Source of the DNA: Camelus dromedarius
Taxonomy: Eukaryota
Assembly: GCF_036321535.1 (NCBI RefSeq)
Contig: NC_087436.1
Span: 94,614,001-94,678,000, forward strand
Direction: 5' to 3'
DNA length: 64,000 bases
Position numbers and translations under genes: made by a program. Shown piece by piece: positions 52,301-64,000 of the stretch. The stretch's first letter is position 1. The number at the start of each line of letters is the position of its first letter. Below the pieces are notes generated by a model. The model was not told the DNA's origin, ran no database searches, and was given only the letters and a program-made list of their open reading frames with translations.

Positions 52301-54199
52301 AAAATTTTTAGCAATTTCAGGATTTGTTGGGTTGTTTAATAGTCTAGTTATTGTTTACAAAACATTTTCATATATATTGTGCCATTTAATTGAATGTCTG
52401 GGCTGTTGCTGATCCACAGTCCTACCCAGAGAGTACATTGGAACCTTCCAGAGCATCCCTGATGGCCTAGTTTACTTTCCAACTACCTTTCCTTCTCAAG
52501 GTGCATAGCCTCTTTTCCAGACCCAAAGGAATTCCAGTCAGAGCTGATCCCAGATTAAAGCCTGTCTCACGAAAGGAACATCTTTTCATCTATTTTAATC
52601 TCCCATTATTTGGCATTTAGATCACTTTTAACAATTACATTTGGAATTCATTTCAGGATTTTTGTACTGTCTGCATATCTACCTTTATTTACTTTGTTAC
52701 AATATAAGAAAAGAGCACATCTTAGAATTTAAAGTGTATATGTAATTGGTTTCCACTATTTGGTAGTGGAATATTTAGGGAAAGTTAAGTAGGTAGCCCA
52801 TGGAGGGGGCCCAGTGGAGTTCCTGCACTACTTGACTCCTCCATGATTCTATTTCTTTCTCTTTTTAACTCTTAGAACTTTTGCTAGTATGCCATTTGGA
52901 TTGTGGCTGAAGCTAAAAGTCTGTGGATTTAGTCATATAAAGACATAATATAATGGTTAGGAAAAGGAAGGCGGCACTTAAAAACCACCTGTAATACTTG
53001 GGATTCCTTCAAGATTTACAATCCCAAATATCACATTAGGAGAAAAAAACTTCCTGATAGCACAAGGTGATATCTTTTAAACTTTAGAGAAAAAGACTAA
53101 AACACATTTGTGAGGCTTTAGGTAGAGATTGGGGAAGAAAAATAAACATAGCTTAATGAATTCCAGAAATCATTGTATGTGTATGTATGTGTGTGTGTGT
53201 AACATGCTCCAGAGAATGAAATAAGTAATATCTTCTAAAGAGAAGAAATGTTGAAGGGCAGATGGCAACTACAGTGAAGTTATCACATTTGCTTCTCCAC
53301 ACTTACTTATTAAACTTATCCCCAAGGTCAGAGGACAAATAATTTGCCTTTTATCTTCTTCATCCTACATGTATTTCTTCGTTTTCAAATTTCTTCCCAT
53401 AAAACTTCTGACATCCTCCCATTTTCCTTCACCAGGTCCCCTTCTTCAATTTCTATTACACAAATCTTAAAAAAAATCATTCTATTACTTTCTAAAAAAC
53501 TGGTACATAGAATATTGTCAGTATATCAATTATTACATAGCAAAAATGGAATATATAAAATCTTGTTTCCCTTTGAAGTTTTAAATTATGAAAATACAGC
53601 TCTTGTACTCCATCTTCGAGAAATAGTAAGATAGCAATGAAGTGTCAAACTCTTCAAAATATAAGAGTAATCTGATTTATTCCTGATAACTATAAAAGTA
53701 AATATATTTTCTCAAGGTCTACTTCTCCTGAATTTAAGTTGTATAACCACCTTCAACTGGCTAACAGTAAAGGTTTTACACCAAATAATAAACAGCTTTA
53801 ATGTGAATTTGAAGTGCCTCATTAACTTTCAAAAAACTGGAGTACATTGTTGACCAAAATTAATTCCAAGTAAATTAAGAGTTGAAATAGAATAAATAAT
53901 TGAAAACTTAGAAGAAATTAGAACTAAATATTTATTAAATGTTTGGATTTGAATGTCCTTTGTAGGCCTCATGATTTTTACATTCATAAATGTGCCTGTA
54001 GAGCCCAACACATAGCAGGTGTTCAACAAATACCCGCTGAAATGAAGATAACCTTCTAGGCTCAGAAGTCAAAAAAGAATCTGAAAGGAAAAGAGGAAAC
54101 AGCTGACTAAATTTTTTAAATTTAATTTCAGTACATTAAAATTATAATTAATAAAATTAAAAATAAAAAAATGAACTGTAAAAGTATTTGAAGCAAATA

Positions 54200-56485
54200 T
54201 TAGCAATGAAGAGTAGGAATCTTTATTTTAAAAATTCCATTTATAATAGCATCAAAAGGAATAAAATATTTAGGAATAAACTTAACCAAGGAGGTGAAAA
54301 ACTAGTACACTGAAAACTAGAAAGCACTGCTGAAAAAAAATTATATATACAAATAAATGGAAAGACACCCTGTGTTCATGGATTGGAATATTTTATATTA
54401 TTAAGATATTGATACTACCCAAAGTGATCCATAGATCAATGCAATCCCTATCAAAATCCCAATGATATTTTTTGCAGAAATAGAAAAATCTCTACTAAAA
54501 TTCATATGGACTCTCAAGAGATCCTGAATAGCCAAAACAATCTTAAAAATAAAAAGAACACCATAAAAAATAATAAAATAATGCCATTTGCAGCAACATG
54601 GATGGACCTGGAGACTGTCATTCTAAGTGAAGCCAGAAAGAGAAAAATATCATATGATATCACTTGTATGTGGAATCTAAAAAAAAGACAAATGAACTTA
54701 TTTACAGGACAGAAACAGACTCACAGACATAGAAAACAAACTTATGGTTACCGGGGGGGAAAAGAGGTGGAAAGGGATAAATTGGGAGTTCAAGATTTGC
54801 AGATACTAATACATATAAAATACATAAACAAGTTCATACTGTATAGCACAGGGAACTATATTCAATATCTTGTAGTAACTTATGGTGAAAAATAATATGA
54901 AAATGAATATATATATATATATCCATGTATGACAAGCATTGTGTTGTACACTAGAAATTGACACATTTTAAACTGACTATACTTCAATAAAAATATGTAT
55001 ACAAAAATATATTTAAAAAATATAAAAAGAACAAGGTCTGAGGTCTCATGTTTCCTGATTTCAAAACATACTATAGAGCCATGGCAATCAAAATAATGTG
55101 GTACTGGCATAAAGATGTATATTTACACAAATGTAATAGAACAGAGAGCCTAGAAATAAATACTCATGTATAATCAAATGATTTTTGACAAGGGTACCAA
55201 GATCATTCCATGGGGAAAAAATGGTCTTTTAAATAAATTTTGGGAAGAATGGATATCCAAATGCAGAACAATGAATTTGGACCCTTACCTTACACCATAT
55301 ATAAAAGTTAGCTGAAAAGTGATTAAAGACCTAAATGTAATAGCTAAAACTATAAAAGTCTTAGAAGAAAATGGGAAAAGCTTTATGACTTTAGGTTTGG
55401 CAATAATTTCTTGGACATAACACCAAAAACAAGGCAACAAAAGAAAAAATAAATTAAATTGAACTTCATTAAAATTAAAAATTTTGTGCAAAGGACTTTA
55501 TTGACAGAGTGAAAAGGCAACCCACAGAATGAGAGAAAATACTTGCAAATCATATATCTAATAAAAGGTTAATATCCAGAATACATAAAGAACTCCTACA
55601 ACTCAGCAACAAAAAAACAAACCACCCCATTAAAAAAATGAGCAAAGAACTTGAATAGACAGTTCTCTGGAGAAGGTATCCAAATAGACAATTAGCACAT
55701 GAAAAGAAACTCAACATCACTAATTATCAGGAAAATACATCAAAAGCACAATGAAATACCAACTTCCACACATTTGGATGGCTAATATATTAAAAAAAAA
55801 ATAGAAGTGTTGGTGAGGATGTGGAGAAATTGAAACCCTCATGCACTGCTGGTGGGAATGTAAAATGGTGCAGCCACTGCAGAAAACAGTGTAACGGTTC
55901 CTCAAAAAATTAAACTTGGAATAACCATATAATCTAGCAATTTCCTTTCTGGGTATATCCCAAAAGAATTGAAAGCAGAGACTTGAAGATATTTGTACAC
56001 CCATATTCACGACAGTGTTAACCAAAAGGTGGAAACAAGCCAAGTTTTCATCAAGGGATAAATGAATAAACAAAATATGGTATGTGTATAAACACACACA
56101 CACATATATACACAATGGAATATTATTCAGTCTTAAAAAGGAAGGAAATTTAGATATACGCTACAACATGGATGACCTTAAATTATGCTAAGTGAAATAA
56201 GTCAATCTCAAAGGGACAAATATCGTATGATTCCACTGATATGAGTACCAAGAGAAGGCAAATTTACAGAGATAGTAAGTAGAACAGTGGTTGCCAAAGA
56301 TTAGGAGGGAGGGGAAATGGGGAGTTAATGTATAATAGGTACACAGTTTTAATTGTGAAGATGAAAATGTTCTGGAGATAGATGTTGGTGATGGTTGCAC
56401 AACAAGATGAATGTATTTAATGCCACAGAACTATACACTTAAAAATGGTTAAAATGGTCAATTATATGTATATATACTTAACCAC
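54200..56485 (+). mobile_element. L1MA/MB-type ORF2 3' half plus 3'UTR
   Basis: Continuous ORF2 motifs (CATGGATTGGAA, TGTGGTACTGGCATAAAG, GCTGGTGGGAATGTAAAATGG) and a 3'UTR ending CACTTAAAAATGGTTAAAATGG. Confidence 0.88.
54561..55021 (+). mobile_element. Young L1 3' end nested in the older L1
   Basis: TSD ATAAAAAGAACA at 54549-54560 and 55022-55033. Host ORF2 resumes with ...TTTCCTGATTTCAAAACATACTAT. Confidence 0.9.
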
Positions 56486-56860
56486 TTTTAGTGTACTGAC
56501 TTGTGTCCACCCAAATTCATATGTTGAAGCCCTAGGCCCCATTGTGACTATCTGGGGATAGGGGTTTCAAAGGGGTAATTAAGGTTAAATGAGACCATAA
56601 GGGTGGTCCTAATTCAATAGGAATAGTCTCCTTATATGAAAAGACACCAGGAGTGCCTGTGCACAGAGGCAAGGCCATATGAGGAGAAAGTGATATGGTA
56701 GTCACCTGCAAGCCAGGAAGAGAGGTCTCACCAAAAACCAACCTTGGTGGCACATTGATCCTGGATTTCCTACTTCCAGAACTTTGAGAAAATAAATTTC
56801 TGTTGTTTAAGACATCTACTCTGTGGTATTCTGTTACAGTAGCCCAAGCAGACTAATGAA
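56486..56860 (+). mobile_element. MLT1B/C-type MaLR solo LTR inserted in the L1 tail
   Basis: CCAAATTCATATGTTGAAGCCCTA...GAAAATAAATTTCTGTTGTTTAAG. TSD ACCAC at 56481-56485 and 56861-56865. Confidence 0.88.
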
Positions 56861-57429
56861 ACCACAATTTTTTTTAAAGTTAAAAAAAATTCATTAGTGA
56901 TTTTTTAATTGCAAAATTATATTGATATGAAAAATTCATACCATACAAAGGGTAGAAAGTCATAAGGAAGTCTCTTACACCCCTCCCCCAGGAGTAACCA
57001 ACACCAATAGGTATAGGAATATATTCCAGGATGCTTTTGTGAATATATAAAGCATATATATTTGTACCACAAACACCTCCTTCTTCTAAAGCAAGAATCC
57101 ATGTAGGGTCTGGTTTAGAAAGGGAAGATACCTTCAAATTTCTTAATCCCTAAAACATAATTTAACAAATTTATCCACTCCATTACCATGGTACATTTAG
57201 ATTATTTCTAGGTTTTTGCCTCCATCATAAAAATGTGATTAACTTCCTTGTAGCCATTTAAAATTATTTCTATTCCCAACTTTTTCAGATCCTAACATAC
57301 AATGCTACATTTATTCTTTCCATTACCATTGTTCACATAGGTAGGAATTCTACATTATTCTCTAAATTACTTTACACAGAGAATCACAGAGACATTTTTT
57401 CATTCTTCCGTTGTTTAAAGTTTAGAAAG

Positions 57430-57856
57430 ATTTAACTTAGATCAGGGCAAAAACCCACATAAGATCTTGCATCGCTTTCTATCTCTCATGAGAATGCAAG
57501 GAGATGTGGGGCAGGGATGCAGTCATCCAATGCTTGTTTGGCGTTGCGGGATCAGCCCAATCAAGGTAGTTCACTGACATGACGTAAACTAGTGAAACTT
57601 GCTGGAGGCTTTTGTTCCTCACCACAACGGCTTCTTCAAAGTTCTGCTTGAGTAAGTGGCATAGAGCCTAGCTTCCTCTAGAGCAAGCAATCCAAGAGAA
57701 TGAGATGGAAAGCTGCAATGAGTGCCTTTATAACCTAGCCTCAGAAAACACACACCTTCACCAGTATACAGGTTAGGGTAGCCCTGATTCAAAGGGCTGG
57801 TGGAGTCTACATTTCCAGAGCTGAGAATGGGGGTTATCTTAGAAGCTAGCTACCAA
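57430..57856. mobile_element. Old MLT1 MaLR LTR fragment
   Basis: GCTTCCTCTAGAGCAAGCAATCCAAGAGA...TATAACCTAGCCTCAGAA...TCTTAGAAGCTAGCTACCA. Confidence 0.55.
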
Positions 57857-58899
57857 GGACCCTAACATCTTGATTGTCCTATAACTTACTTTATAAAGCA
57901 AGTACTGATAATTTTGCAATATCCTGAACCAGTCCAGCTTTTTACTGAAGTGTTCTCTTAAACATAGCTGTGTTTTCAAATACATATGCATATGAGTGCA
58001 CCCAAGCATACAAGACTTTCTGTTCCACAAATTAAAGTTCTACAGATTAAAGCTCTTCTGTTACAGGGTTAGCCTATAAACTTCATAAGGGCACTAGATG
58101 CCACCTCAAACTCTCTGAGTAAACAGAGTTCAACATTACAGACTAAAGGCCAAGAAGCTTGGCTTCTACTACTTGTAATCTGTTAATTAACTAGTAAACT
58201 TTTGAGTTTTACTGGAAACTTTTCATTTTCTAGAAACCTTTACCTGTGTTCAACACCCCCCACTTTAATTAAAAAGCGCTTGCAGATTATATTAATTTGC
58301 TTAAGGTGACTCAGCTAGTTGAGGTGATGAACCAAGTCTGGGATGGGTGAAAAGGTCAACACAGAGTAAGGAAGACAGTTTCTTATAGTTAACTTTCACC
58401 TCTCCTACAGCATAGGCAAATAGGTACCTTTGTAAAATCTTTGCTTGGAACTCACACTTCTATTTTACCACAGTCACGTTTAAATTAAAGTCCATTAATT
58501 TATGGATCTAAGGAAACAGTAAAGTAGCTCTAAGTTTCATCAAATTGGGAAAATTCTCGGACACCAGTGGTTTAGCAGGGAGACAGAAGGCCAGAACGAG
58601 AGCCTTCTGTAGAAACACCAACTTTGTTTAAAAGTGAGGTTCTTACCCCACAAACAGTATCCTAATTCCAATCCCTAAGGTCAAAGCACAAAGGTGAGGG
58701 CTGACTGCCTATTAACAGCTTTCCCCTTTCCATTCCCTACTCTCTCTCTCAGTCACAGATTCCCTTTAATATTCCTCTTGAACAGAATTTTAGTCGCTTC
58801 AGGGTGCAAAAACGTTAGGGAGCGTAAAGGGGATCAATAACTGCCACGTTTTAACATACTTTTTGCATGTAAGACTAAATTCCGATCTTTAATTTTCAC

Positions 58900-59830
58900 C
58901 TGCGCCTGAGTGAGCCAAAACAATCTCTACATGTCTCAACTTGCGCCTGCTTCTACCGCTCCCCTCGTTATTCTAAAGACGCCACTCGAGGAAAGCCATC
59001 AGCTTAAGCAAAGAGACACACACAACAGAGGACACTGTCCACCACTGACGAAACAGAGGCTACGCCGTACACTTCAACAGACGCGGGGCCTTACCCTCTC
59101 GGCTTCACAGCGCTGGGCCCCGCCCCTCCCAACCGGAACTGCAACCCCCGCGTCCCGCGCCCCCACGGTTAGCGTGACGCTCGCGCCCGCCCCGCCTCCC
59201 CAGACCCACTGGGCAGGCGCGCGGCTCGCGCATGCTCGGCTGGCGGGCAGCTGGGGTCGCGAGCCGCTGCAATCTGTTGCGCCGCCGCCCGCGGGAGCCG
59301 GCAGATCCGGGTCTCGTGGCTGAAAGTGACGTGGTCAGTCGAATCAAAACAGAGGAGGGGAGGAAGCCGGCGGCCAGAAGCAGCGGCGGCAGCGGCGTCC
59401 CGAGCAGCCGCAGCGTTCCGGAAGCCCCAGGCGGTCTTTCTGCCGAGCCTTGGTCCCGGCCCCCATCCTCCCCGCCCCGTCGGTTGTTGTCTGGGCGGGT
59501 GAGTGTCTCCCCCCTCTCCCACCGCCGTTTGCCGGCACACCCTCCCCTCACCCCGGTTGTTCCTGGGGTGTCCTCAGGCTCCCGGGGGCTGCGGCAGAGC
59601 GGGCTGCTTCTCGGACTCGGTGGTTTCCCGGCCCGGCCGGCCACTCTGCACCCGGAGAAGCCCGCCGCTGCCGAGCCGGCGGCCCCCGGCGAAGAGCAAG
59701 ACGGAGAGCCTGAAATTTGGCTTTCTTTGCAGGAAACCAGAGTCGGGGCTTGGCAGGAAAGTGGCCGGTAGCCACGGTTGGTTTTATTTTTAGGGCAAGC
59801 AGTCAACTCGGGTGGAGGCGTATAATGGAG
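58900..59830. promoter_or_regulatory. SMIM14: CpG island: promoter of the divergent neighbouring gene (probably SMIM14)
   Basis: GC/CpG-rich block with GC boxes (CCCGCCCCGCCTCCC near 59186), an NRF1-like CGCGCATGCTCG (59227-59238) and TGACGTGG (59327-59334). Confidence 0.88.
59335..59498 (+). other. SMIM14: Non-coding first exon, probably of SMIM14 (small integral membrane protein 14). Intron 1 continues past the window end.
   Basis: Strong donor CGG|GTGAGT (GT at 59499-59500) and no ATG in the exon. SMIM14 is the head-to-head neighbour of UBE2K in mammals, and the sequence resembles the recalled SMIM14 5'UTR. The start position is approximate. Confidence 0.75.
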
Positions 59831-61829
59831 TAAAAAAGAGCGAGACAGAGTCCTAGCTGACAGGAAAAAGCCACAAACCTTGAAATCCACACTGTATCAT
59901 TTACCTCAGTTCCTCGGCTCTTGCCGGGCTTGATGAAGTCACTAGGATGCGTCCTTTGTTGTGATTGATGAGACAGGAAAGCTGCCATCCAGAAAGCGGG
60001 AGCTTTTGGCCCTTATTGTGTTGCGAATTTAAAGGATTCCCTTTTTCTATTTGTTCAGTAAGTAGAACCAGAGCTGACCGTAAAGAGGTCGCACCCTTTA
60101 TTGGAACAGATAAAGTGCGATAAACCGGTTACTGGAGTACCTGAAGTTGCCGTTTAAAGCCAGTTTTCCAAAGTGCCTGTTTCTGTGTTTGTTAGGATTT
60201 TACCCGGGATGATGTTTGTTAGCTGTAGAGAGTCAATAGGATGTTTTCACTTGTCCTAGTTTGCAAAATCGAAGACGTGGCCTTAAGAAAATGTCTTGGC
60301 TTTGCATAGAGTCGGATGAGCTTCATGCACGTAATACCTGTGTTTGTTGAGACTTTCCAGTCTGTGTTAATGTCAAAAACGGCTGGCAGCTCTACATACA
60401 GTAACTTGGACGGCGTAAGACCTTTCAGGTGTTACAGTCTGGAGGCCCTTAGGAGGCGTTCTCGCTGCCCAGTCTGTGGAGCTTGCAGCAAGCTTGTGTC
60501 CCCTTCCACTTAGGGTGACCGGCCACGCAGATTCTTCTGGTGTATGCTGCTTTGAGCCCTGCCACCCTCCGCGCCCCTCAGCAGTAGGATGGAGGCCGGA
60601 AGACCGTTATCTCTCTGTTGTCCTAACTTAGTTTTTAAAAAGAACATTTTTTTCCCCCAGAGAACTCATTAATTGAGGTGTTTCTTTGGTAAACTTCAAG
60701 AAAGAAAAATAGAACTATGTGCTAATTGATTGCCCCTCATCAAATCCAGGAAGAGTTCTCAGGAATTTAGATTACTCCCTACAAGGATTTGCCCTTGTGT
60801 GGTATAATGTGGACCTCTTTTTAACAAATTTATTTTTTCTGTGTGTGCAGTTGAAAACTTTTTTCTTAATACCACAGTTGGAATCCTGATTTAGACAAAT
60901 GAATTTGTTTTCTTAAAATTCTTTTTTTACCTTTTGTGTTAACCTACAACTGAATGTTTTTGCTTATATGAAATAATTTGTGATAATTGGATAGAATGTT
61001 GATTAAAGCAGATAAGCAAAAAAAGAAAATAAGTCATCAGTATTGCTCCCATCCAGGGATCACCAAAATGTTAGCAGTGGCTTATATTCTTCCAGACTTC
61101 TTTTCTGCATTTATGTATTTTATACATAAATAGTTCATACTGTATATGCTTTTCTGTAGCCTGCTCTTTCACATAGTAGTACTTTTTTGAGTAATAAAAT
61201 TAAAATTTTTGCAGGTAGGGACTTACGAACCTTAGCTTTTAGGGAATATTCACTGTATGTTTGCCACACGATAGTGATTAAAATCGTGGTTTTAAAAGAT
61301 TTCTTCTAAATCTCTTGATGATACTGTAAAACTTAAGAAATGAGTATGCATGTGTGACAGAGTAAATATTTGCTTAACTCTTGGGAAAGCAGGCACAGAA
61401 TAGCCTGAGTTGACAATATAGAAGTGTAAAAAGATTTTGCTAATTTAGTAATTTGACTCAGGTAACGGTTTAGTTCTGCCCGTTGTTACTGTGTGCTCTA
61501 AATGCTGACCAGCTATCCAGGCCTCCGGCAGTAAGATCCTGAAAGATTTTACTTTACAAATTACACTTAATATGCTTTAACATTAAGTCTTGGATGTGTG
61601 TCCAGTGCTTTAGTCCAGTGCTTTATCAGTGGTGCCAAAAGAGAAAGAAATATCCCTTCACTTCAACTTCAAAGGATAATTAGTACACACTATGAAGTAT
61701 CCTAAATATGGAACCCCTTTGGTTCCATTAGTTATAAACTTACTGAAAACCTTTAAATTTCTATTTTCATTCTGTGTCTTTTAGGTAATTAGTCCCAGAT
61801 GCTTACTACTAATGTGACTTAGTACTTAT

Positions 61830-62530
61830 TCTTTGATTTGCCTTAAATTACAGTGTTCAGTATATGTTCTAGATTTGTCTACTTCCTGTCCCTACTGCCA
61901 CCACCTTTGCCAACTATCAGCATCTCTCACCTAGCCTAGTACAGTAACCTTCTGGTCTCCCTGCTTCCACTCTTGACTTTTTATGGCACCTTCCCCTTAC
62001 CACAGCCTGAGAGATCCTTTAAAGTGTAAATCAGATTATGTCACCCCTTTGTTGAAAGCCTCTCATCACATTCGGAATACAATTCAAAACTCTATGGAGG
62101 TTTGCCAGGCACTACAAAATTTGACACTGCTTTCCTCTCTTATCTCACCTTGTATCTGAATGCCTAGATCAGTACCCCAGAACCTGGCCACGTCAGTTTC
62201 TTTTTGTATTTCAGTCTCCACTAGCATTGCCCCAGGAACTTGCCAAACTTACTCCTGCCTCAGGGCATTTGCACTTGTACCCTGTGGCTTCAGTATTCTC
62301 CCATATCTTCCTGTGACTGATTCCATCATGTCATTCAGGTTTAAGTTCAGAAGGAGCTTGCCCTCCCAATTATCTCACCATTTTCTCTCATTTTTAAAAA
62401 ATTACATCACTATCTGGAATGTCCTTATTTTTTATATTCTGTCTCCTATACTAGGAATTAAACTCTGGGAAAATGGGGACCTTGTCTGTCCTTTCCACTG
62501 CATAGTAGGTGAATGTTGGTTGAATGAGTA
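61830..62530 (+). mobile_element. L2 LINE 3' fragment
   Basis: TCTCCCTGCTTCCACTCTTG, AAATCAGATTATGTCAC and CCTCAGGGCATTTGCACTTG, ending GTTGAATGA. Confidence 0.75.
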
Positions 62531-62599
62531 AACTTGAACACATCTGTATTACTCTTGAACATACTGTCTTTTAGACCTGTTTTTTCAATGGGAGAACCC

Positions 62600-63030
62600 T
62601 CGTTTTCAGCTTCTTTTTATAGGGCTATATCTTGATTCTCTTACTTCAGTAGTTTTTGATGTTTGTGCCAGAGACCACATTCTACTTTAGATGTATAAAA
62701 TTAATCCCTGGAAGGAATAGGTCCCAGGTATCTGCATGTTTAACCAGCCCTTCAGGTGATTTGAATACACATCAAAGTTTGAGAATATGTTAATATTTTA
62801 ATGGCTTTTCTCTAGGAGATTACTTCTTGCTTTATAGTAGTAATGATAGCTTTCATTTTGGAGAACACTCTATGAGTCAAGTATTATGCTAAAAACTTAC
62901 ATGTTTTTCATTTAACTGTAGAGCAACTCTGATGTAGGCATTCCTACTCTGATTTTACAAGTGAAGAAACAGAGACATAGTAAGTAGCAGAAAGTTGTCT
63001 ATTTTCTTAATCACTGTACCCTACTGCTTC
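62600..63030. mobile_element. MER5-like fragment followed by MIR fragment
   Basis: CAGGTGATTTGAATACACATCAAAGTTTGAGAA, then ATTTTACAAGTGAAGAAACAGAG. Confidence 0.55.
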
Positions 63031-64000
63031 TGAACTACAGTATTTAGAACTGTATACAGCACTTTGATTATGATAGGCCATGTTTTTAAGGGCAAAACAG
63101 TGTTTTCAGTCCCATTTCCAGTCCTATACTTAATGAATTGTTTTGTTGGTCTTTTTGCCTGAAGTTGCACAATTGGTAGATGACTTCAAGAAACATTCTG
63201 CAGACTCCTAAGCTTCTTGCTTTGTTGTTTTGAGTTTTCGGAGCCTACCAGGTTTAAAGTAAATTTGGAGTATTTTCTCCTGCCTATATATTACCTTGCA
63301 TTCCACACACCAAATTCCCATCAGTTTCTGCCTGCTTGTATAGTCATTTGAATTCGTCCTACATTTTCTCCATTGATTTCAGTGTTTTACTGTTTGGACT
63401 GTCATTGAATCATCTTAAACTGAATAGATTTCTCACTGCAAGACCGATTTCCAAATGAATTTAAAAAAATGTTGCATTTGATTGATGCATTGATTTGAGG
63501 TGGAGAGATGACTTAATACAGAGAAATACTGCTTGTCTTTACTCTCTTCCTAGTCTTGAAGCCTGGCTAACTGTGTATATCTGTTAAAGCTCAGGTCACA
63601 CATCACTTACCAGAGCTCTACCCCACCTCAGGCTTCTGTAAATAGCCGTCTGTGGCTCCCATCACTTCACCTTCCATATTTAATTGTCTGTGGCTGTCTG
63701 GCCTATTTGATTGGGAGGCCCATAAGGTCAGGAAGAACCAATTAAGCAATCAGGCTTGTTCATAGAATAAAATGGAGAAAAGTCTCAACTTTAACTGTAT
63801 CTGTAAAAAAAAACACTACATTGCAAAAGGAAATATTTGTACTAATCTTTTTCTGTATAATTTAATATAACTTAGGACAAAAACTTCAATAAAAGACACT
63901 AAATTGTGAATTAGTGATAATTAATAGTGACATATTAGTATATGGGTTGTAAAGATTTTTGCAGAAAAGTAAGCACTCCTGACTGTTACATTGTGGCTTA

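Noticed and set aside
14241..56400. Numerous 60-140-aa ORFs in the intergenic spacer
   Set aside because: Those I could assign are sense or antisense translations of L1, ERV, MER or microsatellite sequence. None has exon-like support.
58910..59890. Overlapping 120-261-aa ORFs on both strands
   Set aside because: Typical CpG-island artefacts rich in Ala/Pro/Gly/Arg, with no recognisable domain.

Overview
Mammalian genomic DNA, most likely a camelid. The evidence is three tRNA-Ala-derived SINEs of the vic-1 type, a shared young L1 family, and no Alu, B1, Bov-A, PRE-1 or Can-SINE that I could recognise. The window is the head-to-head interval between two CpG-island promoters. UBE2K (HIP2/E2-25K) lies on the minus strand: coding exon 1 is 7068..7006, and intron 1 runs off the left edge. 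About 52 kb away a plus-strand non-coding first exon (~59335-59498) is assigned to SMIM14 from recalled synteny and 5'UTR. Nearly everything between is transposon debris: L1s of several ages, MIR/L2/L3, hAT elements, MaLR/ERVL LTRs, an ERVL pol remnant and a deleted gamma-like provirus with a tRNA-Ile PBS. Several of these insertions are nested and have readable target-site duplications. Only the 21-codon UBE2K exon is a credible coding segment; the other listed ORFs are repeat-derived or GC-rich artefacts. I found no convincing new multi-gene system. The best leads are modest: a poly-Gly 5'UTR frame continuous with the UBE2K AUG, a candidate poison exon in UBE2K intron 1, a UPRE at the SMIM14 start site, a polyadenylated LTR retrocopy and an ORF2-less L1. 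Repeat family names come from recalled consensus sequences, and boundaries are approximate unless a TSD is quoted.
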